DNA from: Octopus sinensis
Lineage: Eukaryota
Direction: 5' to 3'
DNA length: 64,000 bases
Assembly: GCF_006345805.1 (NCBI RefSeq)
Contig: NC_042997.1
Location: 52,638,001-52,702,000, forward strand
Within the stretch, counting starts at the first letter, position 1. Each line of letters starts with the position of its first letter. Positions 25,091-38,760 of the stretch are shown in pieces. The position numbers were made by a program, and so were the translations under genes. The notes under the pieces were generated by a model. That model was not told where the DNA came from. It searched no databases and saw only the letters and a list, made by a program, of their open reading frames with translations.

Positions 25091-25475
25091 TTGGTTTCAA
25101 ATTTTGGCACAAGGCCAGTGATTTCGGGGGAGGGTGCTAGTCGGCCGTCAGTGTTCTATAAGTACTCATTTTATCGATCCCAAAAGAATGAAAGGCAAAA
25201 TCGACCGCGCCGGCATTTGAACTCAGAACGTAAAGACGGACGAAATACCTATTTCGTTACTACCCACAAGGGTCTAAACACAGAGAGGACAAACAAGGAC
25301 AGACAAACGGATTAAGTCGATTATATCGATTCCAGTGCGTAACTGGTACTTATTTAATCGACCCCGAAAGGATGAAAGGCAAAGTCGACCTCGGCGGAAT
25401 TTGAACTCAGAACGTAGCGGCAGACGAAATACCGCTATTCATTTTGCTAGGCGTGTTAACGATTCTGCCGCCTTA
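25091..25475 (-). mobile_element. SINE family B, long/dimeric form
   Basis: Two TTCTGAGTTCAAAT B-box-containing modules joined by the AATCCGTTTGTCTGTCCTTG...CCCTTGTGGGTAGT linker, on the minus strand. Confidence 0.8.
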
Positions 25476-26523
25476 GATTAGAAGAATATTGATATCAAAC
25501 ATTAGCATGACGCTCTGTTTATACTGCCAATTTGCTATCCTTAGGAAATACTATTAGCAAATGAATGTTATGTTGTCACATAGAATTATTACAAACCTCA
25601 CTCTCATTTATGATTATAGATACTATGGAAAAAGCTTGGTCTAGACGATTTTATTTCCATTTATGTAATTGAATACTGAAATGTATGGAGTTAACGAATT
25701 TTAAATGTAACTAAAAGATGAGTAATAAATAAAGAAGAATATAATCTTAAACAAAACTGATTTTAAAGCGTTGTTACTTGATTTGTTACAGTAGTTTACA
25801 ATTGATCAGGAAGTGAAACATGTTATTCATCATAGAGAGATGTCACTTCCGGTATACTATCTCGAAAAACTTTCAAATAATTACACACACAGAAATCTGC
25901 TAACAAATAAATTCGTTTGTGGTATTTTGATTATTTGAAAGAAACCAGACAGAAAACATGACCTATGTCAAATAAAATAATTTCCGAAGTCAACTTCTGG
26001 ACTATATTTATGTCAGCAAATCAGTTCTTTGAACAGAATTCTTACTCGCGTCCATGATTTTTGCATTGTATTTTAGATTTAAAAACTAACTGATCCTAAA
26101 CAAATGTATTTATACTTTTAGTACCTAACTGATTATTTCCCCACTTATTTGGCTCATTATGTGTTATTGCAGATATGTCTATAATTACTAGTTTTGGTCG
26201 GATACACTTAATACATTTGATTTATTCCATTATCCTATTTTTTCTTAGTGTTTCTGTATTTCGTATACTTTTTCTGTTTTTATAGATTAGAAAGAGGTGT
26301 AGTAGTGCCTAAGACATTTGCAAGTCGTCCTAAACTAAAAAGCCAGGGTTAAACTCAGTATACAGCCAACTGTTTGACAATAAAGGAGTGAAATTGAACC
26401 AGTGCGTCATGAACCTCCCTAGTTAAAAGACTTATTCCAACACGCAAGTCTACATCAACAATATCGCAAACAAATACAAAAACGTGTGTGTGAGTGTGTA
26501 TATGCATACATACATACATACAT

Positions 26524-26603
<80 letters not shown>

Positions 26604-27559
26604 CAGAGTTTGTGCGCGCGCGCATATGTTCCCTATGGATTCGAAAACTGTGTTACCGATTTTGACGTTTGAGGTATCAAATTATTCAGCAGTAATCTTT
26701 CGGCTACCATCTAAAGTATGCTTTTTTCACAACTCCTTTTTACTACAAAATAACCTCGTAAATGAGGTCGGGTCGCACAATTTTGAGGTCTTTAGTTAAG
26801 GGAGGCAACTCTACCTCCACAATCTATGTCTTACATAGAGCATAATGAGAAAATTTTTAATACATGGAATTTTATCAGGGAATGAAACTTCGAAGATATA
26901 TCGTCAACTTTATTTGTATTATTTAGTAGATAATCTTTTAATGTTGAAGTATGTTTGTCTGCGTTTTTTTTAGTCCAGAGTTGCCTCTGATGTAGCAGAC
27001 TCACCGCATAGTTTTTTCTTCCTGGAATACTGTAAATCTGATGAAAGGGTGTGTTTTAAGAGAGATTTGGCTGCTATTTGTTGTAGCACAAGTTACTACA
27101 GAGACACTTCTGTGTGTGTGTGTGTGTTTCGTTGTGGCCAAAAAAAAAAAAAAAATTTTTCTCAAAATATTTTGCACAATAATTTTAAAAGAAATCTTTC
27201 TTATTGCTAACCATTCGACTTCAAATTGTAATTGTTAATTGTTGGAATCCAAGTAGACTGAGATATACATATACTGTTATCGTATAGAGTGGAAGTTTAA
27301 TACGAAGTTTTGAGCTCATTATCTTGTGGTTAGTAATCCATTACCTTAAATTTGAAGCCATTAACTCTTTAAACATTATTTTACTAGGTTTAAGTCTTTC
27401 AACTGTCGCCATGATGGGGTATCACCTTCAAAAATTCAATTAATCATACTGATCTCAGTACATATTTCAATCTGGTATTTATTTTATAGACTTTTGCTTG
27501 ATGAACTGCTAACTTTGAGACATAGTGGGACCCAATACTTGATTTAATAACAAATGTAA

Positions 27560-27598
<39 letters not shown>

Positions 27599-27614
27599 AC
27601 ACACACACACACAC

Positions 27615-27765
27615 GGGTTAGAATGACTGATGGTTGAGAAGTTTGCTTCCCAGCTACATGGTTCCATGCTCAGTCCCTCTGCATGGTACCTTGGGCAAGT
27701 GCTTTCTACTATAACCCTAGGCCAACCACTGACTTGTGACTGGATTTGGTAGACGGAAACAGCAG
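27615..27765 (+). mobile_element. SINE family A head, diverged
   Basis: TTGCTTCCCAGCTACATGGTTCC...CCTTGGGCAAGTG...GGATTTGGTAGACGGAAAC. Confidence 0.7.
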
Positions 27766-28286
27766 CGTTGTACATCAGAAAATGACGGAAAAACATGTTT
27801 CTTAAGAAGATTTATTTGCTTCATACTCCTCGTGTGCCGATTTTTCCCATAAGAAAGGAACAATACAATGTGGCTGTAAGTTATAACACCCGGGCAAGTT
27901 TGCTAGTGAGTGTGTGTGTGTGTGTGTATATGTATATATATACATATACATATATATATATATATATATATACATATATATATAAAGGGGTTTGTATGAT
28001 TGTGTATAGAGGGATTATATTATTCAAAGAAATTCCAACTCTGTTTTTATGTTTTATTTATATCCTTTATAATATTAATGTAGAATATAGAATATATAGT
28101 ATAAACAATATATATATATATATATATTGTAAAATGAAATGAAGTATTGATTATCTTATTGAATAGAAGAAATGTTGAATATAAAACATTAAGGGACTAG
28201 TATACTTTCATGTGTCATAGCAGTCTTCAAGATCCCAGGTTGTGACAGGAGTGTTTCAACTGTCTATATATTATATATATAGACTG

Positions 28287-28317
<31 letters not shown>

Positions 28318-28318
28318 T

Positions 28319-28387
<69 letters not shown>

Positions 28388-28771
28388 CATATGTATGTAT
28401 GTGTGTCGTCTGATTCTGTGTGCACGCACATCACACACAATCACATACACAATCACACACACATATTCACACTCGCGCGCACGCACACACTCAACAAAGT
28501 TTCCAAAGCATTAAATAAATCAAGTCAATAGCTTTCTTCAAATAGAATAGATGTTGCAGTTTATAGAAACACCCTTTCTTTTAAATTTACCATCAATGCG
28601 TTCTGTAGCCAACTATAAAGACTGAAGGCAAACACATTTACACTAAACTTGTCTATCTAATACATATATAAATATATTCGTACATACATCTCTCTCTTTC
28701 TATGTATATATATATTGTATCTTATATGTATATAATATATATATATATATATTATATATATATATATATAT

Positions 28772-28803
<32 letters not shown>

Positions 28804-29334
28804 TGTATGTATGTATATGTATGTATTATGTATGTATGTATGTATGTATGTATGTATGTATGTATGTATTTGTGCATAACTGTGTGTGTTTGGGTATTAA
28901 AGCAACATGAATAGCAATCTGATGACTGGTAACATAAAAACAAGATTGCTAATTTGTATTAGCTTTGATTTGATATGAAAGTATTTGTTTAGTAAAATTT
29001 GAATCAGCCATGTTTGCTATCAAGCTAATTAGAGATCCTTTGGAAATTAATTACTGCTATTGTTGTACACGTCTTTTTTTTTATGCAACACCTCTTTGCA
29101 TCTTTCTACAAGGCAAAATAAAATAGAGAAAACCACATGGGTCATAACTAATTAGTAGAGTTGTAAAAAGCTGGACATTTTGTTTGCCTAAATGCTTACG
29201 TCGTATCATAATCATTCACTGTGTTTGATATAAAATAATTCAATATTGCTTCACTATGGACGCCATTTTCTTATTTTGAGACCTAAGAAAAAATGACAAA
29301 AGAACAAAATAGAAGTATAATAATTTCTTTTTTC

Positions 29335-29675
29335 AGTTTTGGCTGTAGGCCAGCAGTTTTAAGGGAGTGGGGTAAGCCAATTATATCGACTCCAATAATT
29401 GACTGGTAGTTTATTTGTCAAGTACCAGATGAAAGGCAAAGCTGATCTCGGTGAGATTTGAACTCAGAGAAGGCATTTTAGCACGCCGGGCGAAATGCTT
29501 AGCAGTATTTCGCCTGCCGCTACGCTCTGAGTTCAAATTCCGCCGAGGTCGACTTTACCTTTCATCCTTTCGGGGTCAGTTACGCACTGGGGTCGATGTA
29601 ATCGACTTAATCCGTTTGTCTGTCCTTGTTTGTCCTCTCTATGTTTAGCCCCTTGTGGGTAGTAAAAAAAAAAAA
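29335..29675. mobile_element. Two abutting SINE family B copies, head-to-head (about 29335-29469 minus, 29470-29675 plus ending in poly-A)
   Basis: GATGAAAGGCAAAG..GATTTGAACTCAGA (minus) is followed directly by TTAGCACGCCGGGCGAAATG..CTGAGTTCAAATTCCGCCGAGGTCGAC (plus). Confidence 0.75.
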
Positions 29676-29809
29676 CTGACAAGTTTGCCAGTTCATCACA
29701 TTAAACAGGAGTGTAATATTAAATATTTAAACTAAAAGTTATAATATATTACGTATCATATTATACATAATATGATATTATCCTCAGAATAATATTGTAT
29801 TATGTATAT

Positions 29810-30004
29810 TAAGGCGGCAAGCTGGCATAATCGGACAAAATGCTTAGCGAGATTTTGTCCGTTTTTACGTTTTGAGTTCGAATTCCACTGAGGCGAACTT
29901 TGCCTTTCATCCTTTTGGGGATGAACCAGTTGAGTACTGGGGTCGAGGTAATCGACTTACCCCTTTCTCCGAAATCGCTGGCTTTGTGTCAAAATTTGAA
30001 ACCA
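29810..30004 (+). mobile_element. SINE family B
   Basis: TAAGGCGGCAAGCTGGCA...GAGTTCGAATTCC...GTAATCGACTTAC...AAAATTTGAAACC. Confidence 0.8.
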
Positions 30005-31435
30005 ATAACATATTACATATAGTATTTTAGCTACATATATGGGCCTTTGCCGGTCATGGCAGAAGCATTGCAATAATTTTTATGCCGTGAAAAAAAAATA
30101 GAAGAACCGTTTCAGGAAGAATCTAATTTCTATAGGATTGTACTATGAATAGATAATTCAAGCACATTTTATTAATAAATAGTGAACAGTGTCTTTATAC
30201 ATGCAAAAATCAATTAAAGAAAGAACGAAAGAAAGGAAAATGAAGAGAAGAGAAAATAGGAGGAATGATAATATGAAAGGTATAAATATGCTGACAAACA
30301 GAACTGGAAGTAAAAGCAACTTACGGTGGCCCAGTGTCAAAGATCAAACAATTATGTAGTAGACCCTGTATATCTAAACTTTCAAAAATAACATGAAATG
30401 CTGATGAGACATAAGAAAATGAAGAAAATAAAGAAAATTTCCCGAGGTCTATGGAAACTCGCCAGGAACTAATTTTCGACTGTTGCAATGGAAATATGTC
30501 AGTGGATATGATGCAGAAGCGCAACTAAAATTTTAATACTTCACGAAATAAACGAAAGGTGGACAAATCAAGTAGGTTTTTTCGCGAATGTTACTCTTTT
30601 AGACGATTCTTGTAATACAAGTTGTACAGAGCTCTAAGAATTAAAGTTGCACGGCTGTGTTTGTCGAGTTGATTTTTCTAAAATATATTTTAAACAGTTC
30701 CATCGTAACTGTCTTCAAATACAGCTGTAACTGTTGTTACATATAAGCTAGCTTGCCCATAAAGACTTCCCATATTACCTTCCTATATATAAACGTTATT
30801 ACACAAAGGCTTGAGCTCATAAATTTGCCTATCTACTAAACGTACAGTCAAGAAGTATAGATATATCTAATTTTTACTGCTATTAAATTAATTCCATCAT
30901 AAGCCGACGTATTATGATAAACAATGCATTGCTTATTGACCAGAATCTCAGTTTGCTTCATAGACAATACTTTTGAGCTTACTTAGTTTTCATTGTAGTT
31001 GATGGTAAATGTGTGTAAATAATTACTTTCCTTCTGGAAAATCGATTTGCTTACATTCAGTCTTTATTCAAATTGCACAAATGAAAATCAAACTTTGGAA
31101 TCAATCTGAATTAAGTTCAAATATGTTAAGGGAAAAAATACAAATATTAACATCAAATTAAAATAGCAATCGTAATGGTATTAATATTGCTAATGATAAT
31201 TCATCAAATGTCTCTTTAGTAGAGGGCATAAAAACTCAAGAAATAAAGTACAATATCTTTACTATACGTACATTTAATGTTATAGCGAGTTGACTCATGA
31301 AATGATGTTGATGCCCTCTCGTGTGTATGATACGTGTGTGTGTGTATGTATGTATGTATGTATAAAAGTATGTATGTATGTATGTGTGTATGTATGTATG
31401 TGTGTGTATGTATGTGTGTGTATTTATATATATTT

Positions 31436-31468
<33 letters not shown>

Positions 31469-32039
31469 AAGAGAGAAGGAGAGAGATACGGGAGGGAGAG
31501 AGCGAGCGAGAGAAAGAGTGAGAGAGAGAGAGATAGTGAGGTATAACTTGTTCTTGGTATTTTTAAATATCTTTAGAATATTGTACATAAATATGATCCA
31601 TGACTTCTAGTGTAGGCTTCGATAAAAAAAGTCCATGCTTTTAAAAAAAAAAGTCCAAGCATGCATCAGAAGAATTTGCCAATTAGATAAAAGAAATAGA
31701 GAATAAGAACAGTGGAAAGTAGCAATGAATGTAATAAAATATTGATGATGGTTCTGGGAGTTGGGTGGCAGTCGCTGTACTAATGTTAGAAGTTGTCCTA
31801 GAATCTGAAAAATTAGAAAGTGATTTAATAGTAATAACAACTATATTTGAAGACAATTGCTTGCAATTGTCACAAAACTTTTGCAGGAAATCTGCTCATT
31901 ATATACTACCATATATTTGTATCTGGGTCAATTAAAATCAAACAACAACAACAACAACACCAAAAGCAGCAGCAGTAACAACAACAGCAGCAGCAGCAAC
32001 AACAACAACAACAACAACAATAAACAATAATAAAAATAA

Positions 32040-32345
32040 ATGTTCTGATGCAGTACCAGACAGTGGCTCTCATGGCTTCTGATCTTAACTGGTTGGAAGT
32101 GTTATCATGTACATGTTTCGTCTTGGTATAAAAGATGGGCTACAGATTTGCTTGTCAGTTGCTTGATCTTAACCAGTTGAGCATGTCCCTTAATGACTGA
32201 CGATATCTGCATCTCTGATCACGAATAGAAGTTGTGGGAGAGCATCATAGCCATGTGTTGAGAGGAATTCTTTGGAGTTTGAATAATTTACCTCTGGTAA
32301 CATGGGTGTTTCATTCAGCATCCAGCAACAAACCTTATTCAGGGA
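32040..32345. mobile_element. Unclassified interspersed repeat adjoining a (CAA/CAG)n tract
   Basis: GC-richer block (GATTTGCTTGTCAGTTG...GAGCATCATAGCC..GTTGAGAGG) that I recall as an abundant octopus repeat. Single copy here, so not verifiable within the window. Confidence 0.35.
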
Positions 32346-32810
32346 CCATCGCTGAAAGATTTGGCAGTATCTTATAACAGCGTTTCGATAGGTTGTAGTG
32401 TGGAGATGAATATTATTATGGATTGGTAAAAGATGACATTATCCATTTCACTATAGATAAATAACTCAATGAAATATGGGATATCGGATTGAAGCCAACT
32501 TCACCTTTTATCCTCTCGAACTCGATAAAACAAGTATCAGTGGAGCACTGGGGTCGATGCAATCGACTAAACTTGCCTCAAAAATTTCAGATCTTGTGCG
32601 TATAGTAGAATGAATATTGTAGTGTAAAATGAAAACGTGCCAGAGGATATATTATACTGAATAATTATACTAAATGAGTGACGAGTATGTGTGGGTACTC
32701 CTGTGACTTTGAACACGGTAATTTATTCTGCAGGATGAATAAAATACATTTTAGCATTTTAATTTTACATATGATTTCAATGCTAAAGGAACTTCTGAAT
32801 CACCCTATAT

Positions 32811-33029
32811 CAGTGATTTTCAAACTTTTTGCTGGAGCGGAACCCCAAGGAAACATTCCACTGGCTCGAGGAACCCCTGTGCAATAATTTAATAGTCTTA
32901 TGCACACATATCTGCACAGGAGACTTAAAAATTACTGCCGATTTTAGCAGTTTTGTAACTTCTTGCGGAACCCCTGGACTGTACTGGCGGAACCCAAAGG
33001 TTCAGCGGAACCCTGGTTGAAAACCACTG
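32811..33029. mobile_element. hAT (Charlie-like) MITE
   Basis: Termini CAGTGATTTTCAAAC / GGTTGAAAACCACTG, 8-bp TSD CCCTATAT (32803-32810, 33030-33037), internal GGAACCC subterminal repeats. Confidence 0.9.
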
Positions 33030-33749
33030 CCCTATATAATCGAATTGATTAAGCCACTGACATTTTCCTTCGCACAGAATGTATCACTCGTTATTGTGAG
33101 CACTACCTAACATTTTTCTATAAAGCTTTAAATTCACGGTTTTTGTTTGGGATTTAACGTTTAACAACTTTGGGCATCGATCATACCGTTTACTTAATCT
33201 ATTGATCTGATATGTCATTAGAGAATGTTAATATTGTATGGAATTTTGAATATTGCTATATTACAGTTGGTCTGTGTAGAACAGCAGGAAAGCTGTCACT
33301 TTCAGTTATAAGGTTCTCATTCTGCAATAAGTTCACAGGTGATGAATTACCCTTATATATATACATCAATTTAATTACTTTTCATTTAATGAGATTTCTT
33401 TAAATATTCAACGCTTCATTTTTATTGCTAAAATCTCTCTTCACTCATTTGACGTTGAAAAATTGCTTCTTATTTGTGGTATATATTCTTTAAAGTATTT
33501 AACATTTAAATCGATATGATGTTTATGAAAGTAAGAAGAAATTATTTAAAACAGCCTGTAAATTACTACATAGGTATTAGGTAGTTAAAAGTATTTTCAT
33601 TGAGAAATAAAAGGATGCAATAAAGTATATTTGAGAGTGAGGGAGGAGAGAGGAAAAGAAGAAAGAGAGAGATAGTAATAACCGAACACTACTTTTATTA
33701 AGAAAGTCAGATGCTTTATTATGTTACTCTTTCCATTAAGTGATTAAGA

Positions 33750-33983
33750 TCTATTATATAAAATAGAAAAGTGTGCGTATTCACTTTTAATGCGAAAAAG
33801 GCTTCACCAATTACTCCCTTGAATAATTTGACCTCGGACATATAATACGGTCTTCATTTGATTTTTTATTAAAATATTTTTAAAATAAAAAGAATGTTGT
33901 TTACCCAGCTCTTACATAATTTCCCTCAACATATGTAGTAGAATTTATCTTCTTTCATAAAAGTGGTAAACTTTGTATTTTTG

Positions 33984-34039
<56 letters not shown>

Positions 34040-34209
34040 GTTATATTACGAATTCAGAATTGATTTCTCAATGAAAGACTAAATTGTATCCCAGTTGAAG
34101 AATAAATTGAATTTACAACAACAAATTTCTATACAACATATTCTGCTTTTTTCTTCCAATATGTAAGGAAAAAATTCCATTCCCGGGCAACGCCGGATGC
34201 CTCTGCTAG
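33750..34209 (+). mobile_element. Putative non-autonomous Helitron
   Basis: 5' A|TCTATTATATAAAA at 33749/50. 3' GC hairpin CCCGGGCAACGCCGG (34182-34196) followed by CTAG|T at 34206-34210. The pairing of the two ends is inferred. Confidence 0.55.
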
Positions 34210-35804
34210 TATGTTATAAAAATTCACTTTAAAGATTATGCTTCAATCGAATGAGTCATCTTTTTGGTTTTCTAAATGTTATTATTGCAGATAGGTTATA
34301 TTGCATTACCTATATATTTTCAAGTGTATGCTATGAATGGCATTTATTTATATATGCTATTGTATGTTCTTGAAATTCCTTTCCATTATTGAGAGTCTTA
34401 AAAGTATATAATTTTATTTATAAGTGTTTTAAGTTGGATGTAGTAATTAGCATCACATTGTGTCGTTTAAGAGGCAGTTAACTGTTTGGAATAATGTACT
34501 GTTAGAAGTGAGGAAAAATACTACTTACAATAACACTATCTTAATAGTCTGCTATAACGAACGATATGTAATAAGGATGAATAAGTAATTGAGAACTTAC
34601 ATTTTAATAGATGAGAAATGTCGACGAAGTTCATGTATACTTACAGTTATATGCTTTTATATACATATATATATATGTGTGTGTGTGTGAGTGTGTGTGT
34701 GTGTGTGTGTGGTGTGTGTGTGTGTGCACGCGCGTTTGTATATGCTTGTGTGTATGTACGAAAGAAGTAATGAAAACTACAATTGTTAGAGCAAGAATTT
34801 GCTAAAATTATGATAAATCTTTCTTAATACAAAGGTGATATTTTTTAGCATATTATACGAAACCATGTAAGTTTGTCGAATCTTAAAATACATATCAAAT
34901 GAAATTCTGAATTCTTATCATTATTTTGCAGTCGAAAAAGATTGTCGCGTCTGTTTAGTGGTTACTTGATTATAAATTCAGATTTTCGAAGATTTTTTTT
35001 ATATACATACAAACATACATACGTTCGGGAAGGTGAAAAAGTCTATTACGTTTCGCGTCTACGCTCTTCAACAAAAAAGAGCATGAAGAAATAAACAGAG
35101 AGAGAATTTTTTAAAAAACTTTTGGAATTAGTGATCAATCATAGCGACTAGCTGGACAAAGGTAGTAAGACAGGAGAGCTAGGAAGAAGGGGAGATCATA
35201 AAGTAGTGATCCCAAAATGAAGGTGCTCGTGCGTATGTGTAAGTGAGAGTGTGTGTGCGCGCGTGGATAGGGGCTGGTGACTTTAACGTGTAGATGTGTG
35301 CGTCTAAGTGTGTGTCTGTAATGTGTGTGATGTGGTGTGGTGGTGTGGGTGCTGGGAAGTGGTCAGTGCTAGTGTTTGTGGGGAGATGTGATGTGGTGTG
35401 GAAGTGTGGGTGTGGTGTGGCGGTGTTGGGTGTGGGGAAGTGAGGGTAGGGTGAAGATGTGGAGGTACGGTGGGTTAGGCGGGAGCGGGATGTTTGGGGT
35501 GGGTGGTGGTGGTGGGGGTATCAAAGAAGGTGTGTAGGAGTGAAGAGAAGAAGTAGGTTTCAGGGCAATTGAGGAGAGGAGAGGTAGGTAGGAGTGAAGA
35601 GAGAAAGTAGAAGTCAGATGAAGAGAGGAGAGGAGGGGAGTCAAATGAAGAGGGGAGGTGAGTTGAGCCCATGTGGCGTAAAGGAGCAAAGAGAGATTAA
35701 TTCCTGTTTACGGCGAAGGCGGGCGTCTGGATGGCCCCTGTGCAAAGGCAATCCGAACGCAGACAGGTGTTGTAACGAATGACCGGTAGAGTGGTCATTA
35801 TATT

Positions 35805-35847
<43 letters not shown>

Positions 35848-35878
35848 TATATATATATTATATATATATATATATATA

Positions 35879-36034
35879 GTGGCTGTATTGTAAGAAGCTT
35901 GTTTCCCAACCACATGGATCCGAGTCCAGTCCCCACTGTGTGGCACTTTGGACAAGTGTCTTCTACTATAGCCTCAGGCCCACCAAAGCCTTGTGAGTGA
36001 ATTTGGTAGACGGAAACTGAAAGAAGTTGTCGTG
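35879..36034 (+). mobile_element. SINE family A head
   Basis: GTGGCTGTATTGTAAGAAGCTTG...TTTGGTAGACGGAAACTGAAAGAAG. Confidence 0.8.
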
Positions 36035-36160
36035 TATGCTATGATAGATCGTTAGCCACTACACACATTTTTTCTCTCCTTGTTTTTTCTGTGTCCCTTT
36101 CTGTAGAAGAGCGTAGGCTCGAAACGTAAAGACTTTTTCTATTCCTGAGCGTTATACATT

Positions 36161-36237
<77 letters not shown>

Positions 36238-36599
36238 TCAGATAAAATTTAGCTGTTTCTCTGTAGATTGAAAAACAATAACATGCTTATTCTGGTTTTC
36301 GCGTCGTTTAAGTGGCGGTAAGTACAAGATCCTCTCACCCTCAAATCGGATGCCATTGCATTGCAGGGTTAAACCTTCCCCAGCTCTCGTTGGTTCCTAT
36401 ATTTAGCTGAATCGACTGAAATAACGTGAATCAAAACGGTCTGCTCAAAAATATAACGAGTCAGCCCAATCACGAATCGAACCTACGACCTAAGGATGGT
36501 GAACATAACACCTAAACCAGTACGAGTCGCGTCTTCATTGCATTTCTTTGATAGTCTGTATATTTGTACTGTGTTGTTGGTGATAAATGTTTCCAACAT

Positions 36600-37060
36600 T
36601 AGCATAAGATACGTTCGGGCGTTTTCGTTCTACATATATCAGGGTTCTTGATGAAATTTATCCTACTATTTAACTGAGTGCATCATTAATAGTTCTTTAT
36701 GATTGTGCGTAATCTGTTGATTTCTGTTTTATGGATTTTTAAATAATTAATATATTCATCAGTTTTATATAGTTCTGTAAATTTGGATAATATAATTTAT
36801 GTGTTTGTTTTGATTTTAGTGTTATTACTGTATTAAATTTGTTTCTGCTTTGTTGTGAACTTGGCCCAATTGTTTGAATATCCGTTATAAGCAAGTATTT
36901 GTTCTATCATATTGAATACTTTCTGTAGTGCTGCTTTGTGTCTAAAGTCCCTTCTGTGTAGCTTTTTATAATTGAATATATATATGCATTTTTCTATAGC
37001 CTTCAAGTCAGCCACAATTTATTAAAGTACCATAAACAATTAAAGTAATAAAACAGAAAA
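36600..37060 (-). pseudogene. Penelope-like RT C-terminal/linker relic
   Basis: KAALQKVFNMIEQILAYNGYS resembles the PLE RT thumb ..I..IL..NGYP motif, and downstream YLKI..TEINRLRTIIKNY resembles the PLE linker. Heavily decayed. Confidence 0.4.
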
Positions 37061-38439
37061 TATATTAAATCAGTTATTAACTGACAATACATGATTTGTA
37101 CTTAGTGAAAACACTATATATGATAGCATTACATGTAATTTCCAAGGCAAGATACTGACACTATAGAGAGGAACAAAATTATATACTGTATGTAGAGTGG
37201 TCATCTCAACGTGACCTCACACCAAACACCTACTCAAAAAATTTACAGGATTAGACAATCTGTGGTCACAGTGACCTCAGCTGATTTACTTTAATCCTTC
37301 CAGGTTGATGTTGCCCAATTATACAAAGAATTAATGTTTTTGCTCTATTTTACAATTTTCAACAAAACTCATAAATTTACCGTCAGTTCTGCATATTCCT
37401 TTACAGAAACTGATTGAGATATTAGATATTCTCACCTTTTTAAAAAGGTGAGAATTCGACAGTTAACATTGTTCCTTACATTCTCCTGTTTTTCTCTGTT
37501 TCTTATTTTCCGTGACATTTTTTTCTGTGACCTTTTTACTTGTGATTTTTTTTTTACCTAGATTCGATTAGTAATAGGGACATGAAGCGATATATGTAAA
37601 ACGAAGGACTTGGAAAATAACTTTATTCTCTTTTTTAGCACTTTACACAAGCCAGGTAAATACAAAGATGATTCAGTTAATCCTATTTTTAGATAAAAAT
37701 GTAAAAATAAAAAAATATGTTCTCATTCGAAGACTTATATGACACAAGTTGAAAACCGATGCGTTTCCTTGCATTTGACGGAGCAAACGAAAGAGCGAAT
37801 CAAATATTGACTGAAATTATTTAATATGCTTAATTATTAATTATTTTTGATGTGAAAAGATTTTATATATCAATGAAAATATTGATTACACGCTCAATAC
37901 TATTTTTATTGGAGTAATTTAGAGTATTTTTTGATAATATATATACGTACATACACACATATATATATACACATGTATGCATATATGTTTGTGTGCCTGC
38001 ACACTTATACACAAAACTGTGTGCGAGTGTATATATATATATATATATATATATATGCGTGTGTGTAAAGTATTATATGCAAAACAAGTATTTATGTATA
38101 AAGTTAATTTTATGTATATGTATTATAAAACATATACCTTTATGTGTGTACGTGCGTATGTATGTGTACATACACATATATGCGCGCACACACACGTACA
38201 CAAAGAAACAATGAGGTCTTCATACAGTGCAAAAAGTACAAACATTTATTGCTTTTTTTTGTTTCTGTGAACAATACAAACATACCTTGCACAAAAGTTT
38301 GTCTTTGTTCTGTTTCTGTGAACTATACCAAAGTAATCGCATGAAATTGTGAAATACACAATGGAAATATGTATTGAATAACATGAAAACAAAATAACTT
38401 TGTTGAAATAATCACAATTTATTCATAGAAAGACGATGT

Positions 38440-38760
38440 TTATATGATTTTCCTTTGTCTGGATGATCAGGATAAACCTATTAAAGCTTCCAGAAGTAGT
38501 CTGCCTTCATGCGTCTGGCCATTGTCCCTTGATGCTTTTCCTTCATCATCTTAGTATCTGCATTGAATTTCTCCTCATGTTCTTCACTAAAATCACCAAG
38601 ATGTTCTGGAAATCTGCCTAATGGCTGAGAAGAAAGCGTGCCTTTACATATATAGTAGCACCTAATGAACGTCTTTTGTACACACTCTTCATTGATTTTC
38701 AATTTATGGTTGTTCCAAAAAGTTCTTTATAACTTAACTGCACCAGGTCCAAGCTTCAGT
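38440..38760 (-). pseudogene. Chapaev(3)-like transposase C-terminal relic
   Basis: LGRFPEHLGDFSEEHEEKFNADTKMMKEKHQG..ARRMKADYFWKL resembles the recalled family motif FPENLGAVSDEHGERFHQDI..ME.RYQG.W...M.ADYCW.L. Confidence 0.65.

Noticed and set aside
26286-26347. Candidate 62-nt exon (LERGVVVPKTFASRPKLKSQ) after a good polypyrimidine-AG
   Set aside because: Weak donor (GTTAAA), no recognisable homology and no partner exons. It needs RNA-seq to revive.
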